From: Takakia lepidozioides | Taxonomy: Eukaryota > Plantae > Bryophyta | NCBI GenBank assembly: GCA_030704615.1 | Contig: CM060732.1 | Span: forward strand, 30,938,001 to 31,002,000 | Length of the DNA: 64,000 bases | Direction: 5' to 3' | Shown: positions 24,201-34,079 of the stretch, in pieces | Layout: the number at the start of each line of letters is the position of its first letter | Numbering within the stretch: position 1 is the first letter of the stretch | Notes under the pieces: generated by a model | Database searches by the model: none | What the model saw: only the letters and a program-made list of their open reading frames with translations | What the model was told of the DNA's origin: nothing | Position numbers and translations under genes: made by a program

Positions 24201-27200
24201 CAATGGTGGTAGAGGTGGGAATGCCCAATTTGTACCTATAACTGCCAGGTTGCTGGTACTATGGCAAACAAGCACAAATCAACTCACAGACTTCATTATA
24301 TACTCACTAAAAACTGGTATGAGAGAAGGGGAAAGTGGCACAGGCATGAAGTAGGCCAGGGAGGGTTCAGGGATTCAGAAGGTCGGCATTGTACTTGTAG
24401 AGGTGAGGAGTGTTAGTTAACTGAGAAAGTTAAGTGAACCAGAGGTTCAATTGACCAATGGGTGTCGCATCTCTGAAAGCATCACACACTGTATTCCATT
24501 GACAAAACTGCAAAATGTTGAAACCAATATGGGATGAGTATAGAGGCAAACTGTGAAATACATTTTCGGAGATGTGCTCACAAACCCGCAGAAATTCTCG
24601 GAAAGACCCCAAAACCAAAGTATCAAAAGGGAAACACAGGTTGCTTATGATGGTGGGATTGTCCAATTGAATGGAGAGTTGGGTGTGAAGTTCCTGAATA
24701 CATCACACCCAAAGCATTATCTTAATCTAAGTTGTACTAAGACTAAAAGGGGTGGAGAGACCTAATAACGGGAGTTTGTCACTCGAAAGTGAAGGAAGGG
24801 AGTATAACGTACAATGGCGGGAGAGGTGGAAACGTCCATATCAGAGGAGTGGGTGTCAGATTCCTGCCAAACCTCCCTCAAACATTAAAAAGAGAACTAT
24901 GGGGAGAGAATCATTTAAGAAGAAGACTCAAACTCTTTCATTACAGAGAGGACCATGGAGACATCGATTTCGTATGACACAAAGGAATCCAACATCAAGA
25001 AGCCTACCGGAGATTTTCAACTCAGATATGCTGCCAAGCAGTTCTGACCCTCATAGAGGAACACCTCTGCATGGGATTGGGTATCTCAGAGTAATAATAT
25101 CCCCCCCGGATCTTACAGTAGAGAGGACAATGAAAGAAGGAACGATCTTCAGTTTCAATTTCCCTCCTGTCATTTCAAGTGCAAGCGGGGCACAAGAGTC
25201 AGCACGATGCAGGTTGTCCTACCTACCAATCTATATCTGCAGACCGCGGGAGCCCACCCTAAGCCTTCCCAATGCCCTTAGAAGAGAGGGAGACATAGTT
25301 GCAGATGAGTATTTGGGCTGATGAGCGCAGAGAACCAAGATTGTCTCCCCATAGAACTGCAGCTTTGCTGTAAGATTGACTGGTTTCCAGATCCGCCTAA
25401 CATGAAGTTCCAATAGCTCCCGCCCGATGAGTCTGTTTCAGTCGTACTCGGACGATATTTCCAAGCCCTCCGTACTTTGTGGCAGTACCAGACTTTCTGT
25501 GTCGTTCAAAGAAGTTCCAGGTGCTCAAAGAGCTTATGGGACAAAAGATGCAGGATGCAAGAAAGAATGAAATGAAATGAAATGAAATGGTGCTTTATAA
25601 CGTCCGCGGAAAGCTCATAGAGCTTATGGGACAAAATGGAAGATAACATGAGAGAAGATGAAAGAAACTTTACAAATCCAAGGGGGCCCAAGGAGACATA
25701 TAGGAAGACATACATTCAACCAAAAACTTTCAAAAACAACTTACAGTGGCGGTAGAGTGGGGAATTTTGGTAGTGTGATATTTGGTAAAACAGGTGGTAA
25801 TGGTGTCGTGTACCTGAGTGCAGCCATCAATGGAATTGTTAGCAACCTGCTAGAGTATTCACACATTACATCTTGAATAGCAAGTTCTAAAAGCGACGAA
25901 GCACTGGACGGAGAAAGACATGGGAAAAGAGGAGAGGAAAAATAAACAAAGCACAGAAAGGGAGGAAAGGACTTGTGAAAAACAACTTACGGTGGTGGTA
26001 AATGGGATACGCTGGGTGTTGTAGTGTTTGGTAAAACCAGTGGTAAGGTTATATTCCTGATACCATCATGAACGGAGATGTTAGCCAATCTTATCCAGTA
26101 CGATATGAGAGGGTCAGAGATGACATCTTGCTTAGTGACCACAAAATGATTAAAGTACCAGAACATAGGGTATGAACAGATGCAACCTGAGAAAGAGAAA
26201 TGTGTCTATGAGAGCTTCTGGAACAAACAAACAAAGAAACCACTAATAAGACAGTGGAAGAAATGGAGGTTTTTTGAAAGAGAAAGATTGTACTCATAAG
26301 ACGTTGTTTGCCGTAGCCTTGTGGCCATTGACCCCGCGCCCAGTTTGAGCGGGAACAAAAGGGACAGAACCTACCTCTGTCAGGGGCTGACGTTGGTAGT
26401 AAGACTTACCTCCATATAAAGAATTAATCCGGGTTTTCCAGATATCCTCTAGAAATCCCTTCACACAAGCATCAATCTGCTGTGTGTGATTTGCCCAAAA
26501 ACTAGGCCTCAGGAGGGCCTGGGCTTTTGGCTCAGCCTCGAGACTTTCAAAGTTGGTAAACAGGGGTACAGGCACAATTCCCTTAATAGATTTGAAGAGA
26601 GCGTCTCTTTGGTGAGAGAACCCCGGACAGTGTATCAGAAAATGAATACTGTCTTCAGATTGCCCACACAACGGGCAATTTCACTCTCCCTTTCCTCTCT
26701 GCTTCTGTTTGCTGTTCAAAGGTAGGCTTCCTGCCCAGAGTTTAAATTTCAGTCTAGTGCCGAGAGTGGGTAGACCCTTGAGGTCATCCAAGATGTCCTC
26801 CCCCATGTCACAGACTGGAAACAAGTTCAGGGAAGTTTTCTGCCTAACTTCATTTTCATCAGACAATCTCATGGCAACAGACATGGCTGAGGACACTACA
26901 GACTCTAAGTCAGATTTATCCAGCAGGGTCAAGACTTGCGGATCCAGGTCCAGGTCCTTGAGGATCTCTTCTACTCTCTTCTGCCAGGACTTAGCCTGTT
27001 TGACAGGGCAGTCCTGTTTCCAAGATATAGAGTCGATTAATTTAGGATATCTGGTGTTGGGCATATGTTGCAGCTGACCCCACCATCTGATCTTGAATTC
27101 ATCTCGTCGGGAGCTTAAGGACGGAATGCCAAACTCACCCCGAACAGCCACATTGGCTGTTTTGGAGCATGCTGACATACACTCCTTAAGCACCCCCAGA

Positions 27201-30200
27201 AATGAAGTCGAAAGAGCAGTGGACTCTTGGGAGAGTTTCGTTTCCTCCGTGGCTGACAAGATCATTGGGAGGAAACTAATTGTCTGCGGTAGAGCAGTTA
27301 ATTGGTGGACTAATGAGATTAAACTCAAGATAGCTGAGAGACGAGCCCTCTATAAAGAGTGCTGCAATTTGGAAACCAACAGAGAATTGTGGGCGAGGTA
27401 CTACCAGCTCCGTAAAGATATCAATCAGCTTGTTAGGTCTCAGAAGAAATTATACTGGGACAAGTTATACAGTGAAATAAACTCAAACCACCATGGTGGT
27501 AATGACAAGAAATTCTGGTTGGCCCTTCAACGTTTGTACAAACCGAAAAACGGTCAGCAAGTACAAGCGCTGAAGACTACTAAAGGTGCAGTGGTGACTT
27601 CATCGGTTGACATTGTCAAAACCTTTGAAACTCACTACAGTATCCTTGGCAGAACTTCTAGGTCTAACAGCGAGGGGCATTAACAGAGCGTGACTGAAGT
27701 TCTTGGAGCGATTGGACAAAATGAGGGAGAGCCTCTTGCAAGGCCTGGACGTACTCAGCCTTGACCTCCTCATTGTGGAATTTTTCTATGCGCCACTTCC
27801 GAATCGAACGTTTCACAGATCTCTTGGTGGTGGGAAAACACCTTTTGATCTCAGTCCAAACCAGGAAGTGGTCAGAGGTACCAATATCAGTTCTGTCGAT
27901 CAACACATTGGCACACTGGGGGAACAAAATTTTGTCCATTATGATATAGTCCACAATGGAACGTTCCCCAGTTTGGGGTTTCTAACGAGTCCACTGCACT
28001 TGGTCACCTCTTGTCCTGTTATTCAAGGTCAAAAGCTGAAGCTCTTCTAGACAGTTAATTAACCGTCTGCCATTAGAATTCAGTTCATCCTCACCAAAAG
28101 GTCCAATGATATCGTCCTGATGGATCCCTTTGCCCACCCGGGCATTGAAGTCCCCCAATAGTACCACCTGACCTTTGGCAAGGAACGAAGCACAGTCCAG
28201 CTTTACATCTTCGAAGGCCTTGTCTGCATCAGCACTAAGGGTCCCCTCTGTGGGCATGTAAACACAACCAACAAAGAGGTCCTTTGTACTCATGCCGCCC
28301 TTCAAATTCAGTTTTAGCCAGATACTATGCTCGTACCTCAAACCCTTGTTGATAATTTCACAATTGAAAGAGAAAGAAAGAAATTAGGAGATGGAGAGAG
28401 GGATGGAGGCCAGAGGAGCTTATGGAACCCAATAGACAACTAAAGAAAGCCAGTGTACGGAAAAACCCAACCCTCGCTGGGGAACAAACAGAAAGAAAGA
28501 AGGAAACTATGTCCTTGGGGGAAAGGAATGGAAAAAAAACAAACCAAAACAAAAAACGTTTTAATAGCTGCACAGTTCTAGGGGACAAAATAGATTAAGG
28601 AAAATCCACATCAAAGTACTCCAAATTTTACAGTTGCTCCTGTCCTCCCCAGAAAAGAATGTACTCATGCTGTTCCCTGCAAACGTTGTCTTTGTCTAGA
28701 AAACAGAAAGGGCCTTTGGAAAAAGGGCTGGCTTACAACTGTGGCATAGGTGAGAACAGCCATGCTGGATTACTAGCAGTTATATTCCTGAAAGAATCAA
28801 ACACAAAAAGCCTTCATTGTAAAGACTTGATTGTATCCAGAAACTTAGCATAGTGAGAGTGTTACACACCCCGAAACATAAACTAGATTGTTAGTAACAG
28901 ATATTGATCAGAAACCTGACAGCATTTGCTCCAAAGACTACTGACTGCATTAGATCAGAAGATAGAGGCTTTCATGATTTCCCAGCTGGATAAATCATGG
29001 ATGAAGCAAAACACCTCCTAGTTTTGACATGAGAGCAGTGCTTAACCTAAAGTGTCTTCAGATATCCTAGAGTTCATCAAGATTGAGGATTACAAGCTCA
29101 GAGTCAACTCAAGATGTGTTGAGCTGCGGACCATTTCTTCTTGGCCTTACTTGTAACCTCCACATTACGAGCTATCCAAACTCCGCTAGAAGGTGTGTTT
29201 AAATTCCTACTCCTCACAACTTGGAGATGGAGAAAGATCCTTCCAAGAAAGATTTTCAAAATCCAAACCCAGAAAAACTACAGATTTGACAAATTTGGTA
29301 AGAAAACAATTTACAACATCTGTGGGCCAAGAGAGTGAGAAATGAAATGAACTTTATAATGTCCACAGAAAGCTCAAAGAGCTTATGGGACAAAAGGAAA
29401 CAAAAACAAGAAAGAGAAGAAAAGACAGAGAATGAGCCCAAAAGCAACTACTGTGCGAGAGAGAGAAACATATAGACATTCTTGCAAGGGAGCAAACTTA
29501 CTGGAGTACAGGAGCTAACGGGCATCCTGGAAGAAGTCCTGTCAGATTGTTCCCTGCCAAAATTCTGCACATAACATTTGCAGTCGTTAGAGGGCCAAGA
29601 AGACACAGGTGCGCTGATATGAGGGATAAAGGACAAAATGAAGGATGTCCATTGAAGAAAGGAGAAACGGGCATTTGTTCGCTGGATTGCAGAACTCTTC
29701 TAGAAGAGAATACAACAGTGTCAGCCAACAGACACCCAAACTGGACTTCACATTGCATTTTTATCCAGCAAGGTTCTAAAAACTTTTCTAAAGAGAAGAA
29801 AACCCTGGCCTTCGAGCAAAGCAAACTAGACAATCATCCGGAAGATATCTGATATGCATATGAGCTGTTTTCTTTTTTCTGCAGATTGCCCAAAAAAGCT
29901 GTTGCTACCAGCTACTGTCTAGCCAAGCTCAAGATGTCCCTATGCCCCTGCCTCTTCCAGTGCTGGCATCTTCTGGGATCCATCAACCCCTGTCCTGATG
30001 TATTGAGGGTTTTTCAAGGATATTTGGGGGACAATTCAAGCTTTCATGATGCCACCATGGACTTCTTTGACCTTCTCCAGGGCTGCCAGGCTGGCACACC
30101 CATGCTGAGCATATCCGGACATCATGGCATTCCATGAGACTACATTTCATTCAGCTAATTGCCAACCCTTGGATTGCATCCCTCATGCCCCTGTTGTTTT

Positions 30201-32524
30201 CAGTCATTTCATTACTGCAATGAGTGCCCCTCCCCTGCTCCCAAATTAAACAGAATGAAGAGATTCCATAATGAGCAACACACAGACTCTATCTGGAGAG
30301 GCAGAAGAAACTACTGTATTCATTGGTAGCAAACCCAATCCTAAACGAGTTCCCACACGAAGGCTTGCAACAGATCAAAGCATTGTCTTACAAGTTCGTG
30401 AGGTTTGAAAGTTGAAGGATGCCCGTTGGAAAAGATCCCGCAAGCATTCGGTTGTCGGAAATAATCCTGGAACGTATCAATATAAAGTGCCCACTACTTA
30501 GATACATGGACAGAAAATGGTGAACTGGTACACTCGACTTCCTCAGGTGCTGGTGCGTTCGTTTCTATTTAGTTCAGATGTTCCTTCCTACTTCTTTGCT
30601 TCACTTTCCTGTATCATGTATCGTTCCCCATAAGCTTGTTGAGCTCCCCATGGACACCATTATCCTTCACCCCTAGAACGTCCCCTTCTACTGCGCGGAA
30701 CACACCGATCAGAAAGCGCCAGCAGTCTAGCTTGCTCATTTATGAAGCATAACATACTGTAATGGCACTCACAAATTCTTCAAGTTTTTCAGATTCGCAA
30801 TAGCTTCTGGGATGCCGCCGGTGAAGGCAGTTCGGTTGATGACAAGGCTTTCCAGAAACTCGAGTTCCCTGACTGTGTACTGCGCAAGTCAGCCCTAACT
30901 CCTTCAGTCAGTGCACGGTGAGAACAGAGCACCATGAGAAAACACTGAAGAAACCCAGCTCAGACTGATGAAAGATACAGGGAAAGAAAGTAGATGAGGT
31001 GCAAAAAGAGGCTTATTTCCACCACTGTCAGAAATTAGTAGAGGAAAAAAGAGGGCAACCATTTGGAAAGATAAAGTCTATGATCGTATACAGTCATCTA
31101 AGGTCACTAGTGCACAAGGGAGTCCAAAAACAAGCACCCTGTGTCAGTCATCTTCGTCATGGCCCCGAAGGCTGGAGGTACTCCGACTCCATCACACTGT
31201 AGCCCGCTTTCAAGTTTCTTCCCTGCTGGAAATTAGGCAAAGTTCAATCCAGATTACTTCGACTTCAATTCAATAACTAGGGCTCAGGAGGTGACAAGAC
31301 ACTCACAGGGATATGACCTTTGAAGTCAGCGCCTTGCAGAGACCTGCGAGTCACCTCACCCAGGCCCGGACCAATGCATATTATGCCACATGCAATATAG
31401 TTTCCTCTCAGACTGTGGGGCTTCCTCAAGTCCATTCCATGACCCATTTCGGCAAATTGGAGACCCCAATTGACAGTACGTACTTCATGAATTCAAACCC
31501 TTCCTAATGTTATCACGTAACTTCACTCAATAACGGTCACAGTTAGATCCATGACATTAGAGTCATGTGCAATGAACTGGATAACTCCTACAACTACTGC
31601 AATGCACAGCTACTGATTGTATGCAGGTACGATTCCCTTCCAGCAGTGCCACGAGACTATATCAATAGCAACTTTATATAAACTACAATATGGACAGTTC
31701 TAAGCTTTCCCAAAGATGCATCTCTGATGCAGAGCCAAATGCTCGCAAGGTTCCCTAAGATGGAAAATCTTCACATCAGAGAGTCTTGTACAACCTAGCG
31801 AAATTGCACTAGACACTGAGGAGTTTGCTGCATATAGACACAGCATTAAGAAATCATGCACTCATACTCCCGGTATATAAAGTTGTACACGTTATATTCG
31901 GCAAGTTTTTTTCCTCTCTCTCAAGGTCGAGCACTCGAGACACAAGCGCAAGTACTGAATCTTTTACAGAACTCAGCAATTTGATGTTCCAACTTACAGC
32001 CCAGTAATCGCCGTCTGGTTTTCGTTGCAGGTAACACCCTGCCACTCTGAGCATATAAGGGTCTTGTGAGAGTCCCATGAACGCAAGGCTTCGGGTTTCT
32101 CCAATGCAGTCTTGAAAATCAAAAGCGTGTTCGCTGTGCAAAGAAGAGTTCAAAGAGAGATCAGTTATCTAGAAGAATATTTCAAATGTTGGATCTACAA
32201 TTCTGTCTGCCACAATCCCCTGCAACGGCTGACATTGATAGAGATATCATGTGCAGGCAGGCTTTGACATAAAAAAAAATTCTTGCAATCAAATATAGGC
32301 ATTCAGGTTGAAACATATATGCTCGAGATCAGAATATTACATTCGAGGAAAGTATTTATCACGTCGTGCAGATCTCATTAATGAGCTAAGAGCTCCAGAA
32401 GCTAAACTATCTAGTTACCTTGCGATTTGAGGTCGGCTGAAGCGCAGCTCAGATGCAATGCCAACAGTAAAGGTATATACAATAACATCGCCACCATCAC
32501 TCTTGGTGGCCTCTTCGCTCCCAT
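6522..32524 (-). CDS. Giant multi-exon secreted/cell-surface LRR protein: signal peptide, LRRNT, ~4 LRRs, Pro/Thr-rich microexon array, 817-aa Pro-rich exon, second LRR block; 3' end uncertain
   Basis: A chain of more than 30 exons with canonical yAG|...|GT sites and compatible phases, read on the minus strand (see sub-features). Confidence 0.75.
6760..6842 (+). mobile_element. Short LINE family B 3' fragment
   Basis: gctcaaactgggcgcgtggtcaatgaccacaaggctacagcaaacaatgtgttatgagtacactc matches the family B 3' end. Confidence 0.8.
9390..9550 (-). mobile_element. 5'-truncated LINE family B insertion with an 18-bp target-site duplication
   Basis: gagaatgtctactggaga at 9390-9407 and 9533-9550 flanks ~120 nt of family B 3' end. 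Confidence 0.85.
9855..12305 (-). CDS. 2451-nt Pro-rich repetitive exon (817 codons; ~16-aa unit TPPNFTLPGLPPLPSF) with many N-x-T sequons
   Basis: Acceptor tctctgcag|G AAT CTT ACA at 12305/12306, open frame to the donor CAC AT|gtaag at 9855/9854; internal 228-nt (x3) and 459-nt (x2) duplications. Confidence 0.9.
12763..28787 (-). CDS. Array of symmetric phase 2-2 microexons (20 intact, ~7 defective), consensus cag|G-NLTPITTNWTFPPLPP-TT|gtaag
   Basis: Intact copies, 51 nt unless noted: 28737-28787, 25991-26056 (66), 25745-25813 (69), 24813-24863, 24202-24252, 21951-21995 (45), 21536-21586, 20855-20905, 20445-20495, 20187-20237, 19788-19838, 19530-19580, 19266-19316, 19001-19051, 18814-18864, 18316-18366, 18114-18164, 14503-14553, 13129-13179, 12763-12813. 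Confidence 0.85.
16187..16920 (-). mobile_element. Degenerate LINE family B copy with an inverted 5' part
   Basis: Homologous to 26285-26900 on the minus strand, whereas 16860-16920 (SRRDEFKVRWRGQL) lies on the plus strand. Confidence 0.8.
17653..17724 (+). ncRNA. 72-nt tRNA-like sequence (Pol III A and B boxes) in LTR1; not a functional tRNA gene
   Basis: GGACGGG-TA-GCTGAGTGGTAGAGC-A-CCCCACCGGAATGGGGG-AGGTC-CTAGGTTCAATCCCTAG-CCCGACC-A folds as a cloverleaf with a perfect T arm and 6/7 acceptor-stem pairs. Confidence 0.8.
17873..17944 (+). ncRNA. Second tRNA-like copy, in LTR2
   Basis: Identical to 17653-17724 except one D-loop substitution. Confidence 0.78.
18060..20910. repeat. Recent tandem amplification of exon+intron units (~190-265 nt) with a ~657-nt higher-order trimer duplication
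   Basis: Donor sites at 19525/20182, 19783/20440 and 19990/20646 are 656-657 nt apart and share diagnostic variants. Confidence 0.9.
26285..28360 (-). mobile_element. LINE family B (APE endonuclease type), lacking RT and carrying an internal inversion
   Basis: Minus 28341-27664 is the APE domain (VLLGDFNARVG, DYII, SDHFLV); plus ~27200-27665 is the inverted post-endonuclease linker (WWTNEIK..KFW); minus 27200-26290 is the post-RT region and knuckle (CGQSEDSIHFLIHCP). No RT motifs were seen. Confidence 0.88.
29502..32524 (-). CDS. N-terminal exons of the LRR gene: signal peptide, LRRNT_2 cap and LRRs
   Basis: 32419-32524 MGAKRPPRVMVAMLLYIPLLLALHLSCASADLKSQ; 31998-32133 ANTLLIFKTALEKPEALRSWDSHKTLICSEWQGVTCNENQTAITGL; 31307-31343 SLQGADFKGHIP; 30773-30879 YTVRELEFLESLVINRTAFTGGIPEAIANLKNLKNL; 30392-30466 IISDNRMLAGSFPTGILQLSNLTNL; 29502-29564 ILAGNNLTGLLPGCPLAPVLQ. 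All join in frame. Confidence 0.88.
30030..30155 (-). pseudogene. PLS-PPR fragment within an intron of the LRR gene
   Basis: Reverse complement reads VVSWNAMMSGYAQHG/CASLAALEKVKEVHGGIMKA*IVP, matching the PPR at 2322-4631 with an internal deletion and a stop. Confidence 0.8.
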
Positions 32525-34079
32525 GGTTAAAGTCCTTTTTTTATCTGCTCGGCCAGGCATGATGTGCAGTATCTTAAAGGTTTTTCCCATACAAAGTAGA
32601 AGTTGGCTCAAAAGACCGTCGAAGTCCTTGACTTTTCTGTCACTGAGCACTGTTTGACATCATAGAGGTCATGTTCTACCACCATGCTCAAGTCTAGTAC
32701 ATAACACAATCAAATTCTCAAAAATGCATAAGGGCTTAATTCCTGAAAGTTGTGACTCCTTATTCTACAGCTACAACTCCACTGTGATGCAGCATAGATC
32801 TTGTAGACCGTGCAGATAACTCTGATTCAGAGTTCGTTTGCGAGTAACATATCCTCTTACTATCATCGAAGCGATCTTTACTTTACACAGAGTGTGTCGG
32901 GAGTGAGCTTAGGTGGAAATTCGGCTGACGATCAACGGGGTAACGTACCGTGAAAGACGGCGTCCGAAGCTCAGAAGTCTTGAATATCGCGTAAGCTTAC
33001 ATTCATAAAATCTAATAGAGTGTAATTCCCTGCTTGCAGTACTGAAACGGAGAGGAGGAGGACAGCTCGGGGATATGGTCGAATACGCCTCTCGAAGGGA
33101 TATAACTGATCCGTCCCTGAAGTGATTGCCCCAATCCACACCGATCACTGTACATTCTCGAATCCTCCAGCACCTGAGAAGCTAGAGACAGCCAGAGAGT
33201 TTCTCAGACTCGATTAAGGTCCAAAGACACAGAAATTGCGAAGGCGCTGCGTTTGGAACAGGTAGAATTCAAATGTGAGCATTCCGTTCTAGCTGATCCA
33301 TTAGATCGAGCGGCCGCCTACTTAGTCTAGATAAGCCCCAAGTTTATAAGAAGGTGGAGATAGACCGAAGCTGCAGGCAGCTACCAAGGACGAGGGAGCA
33401 TTGCGAGCCCGGGAGACATAGTGAAGGGGCGTGATGAGAGTGGAAGAGAGAGAGGCAGGAGGGAGAGGGAGAGAAAGGGTGGTTAGTGACTGGGACAAGA
33501 AGATCGGGGGCAGCCGCCACCCCAGCAGCTTCACCGTTAATACTCCAGTAACGGTCTTCTTCTTACTGATCATCCAGAACCGTCCACTCTTGCTACCACT
33601 CAGCTTTGAACCTTGCACCTCACGAATCAATCCTACGCACCGCAATTCATTCATCCAGTTTCTTTCCTTTTCTGCCCTCTCTAAAATGGATGAATGTTCA
33701 CGGCCCGACCGACTGCCGGTCAAGATCAGAAACTTATTAGGTTTAGGGTTTTGTGATGCTCGCAATTTGCCTAGGGCGTAGAGTCTCCTTCCTCTACCTG
33801 TTTTGGGGGACTGTAGCAGGCACGAGCAGGAGCTAAGCTAGGAAGATGGGATCTGCCCGTAGAGGACGTGTCGAGTTTTCCAATCGCAGAAACACTCTCT
33901 CTTGCACATCTCCGTAGGCACGTCGGTCTCTCACCTCTGTACAGAGGTGAGAGATGAATCTGAGTACAGAGGTGAGAGATGGATCTGAGTAGTAGACTTA
34001 AATGTACTACATAGATGTGGTTAAATGCTGGTTGCCCCTGGTGCGAAAAGCTTCTTCATGTTTTCCGCTTTGATCTTCT

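Larger units (their letters stand above)
13398..29460 (-). mobile_element. About 20 dispersed 5'-truncated copies of LINE family A with a (CATTT)n tail
   Basis: The plus-strand signature aaatgaaatggtgctttataacgtccgcggaaagctcatagagcttatgggacaaaa occurs near 13400, 13945, 14150, 14880, 17250, 18403, 18625, 21175, 22237, 23028, 23358, 25525, 25567 and 29340, with an inverted copy at ~13725-13787. Longer copies (14880-15900, 23358-24170, 25000-25500) encode the ORF2 C-terminal knuckle ETEEHFFFYCPLYYEIRG. Confidence 0.85.
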
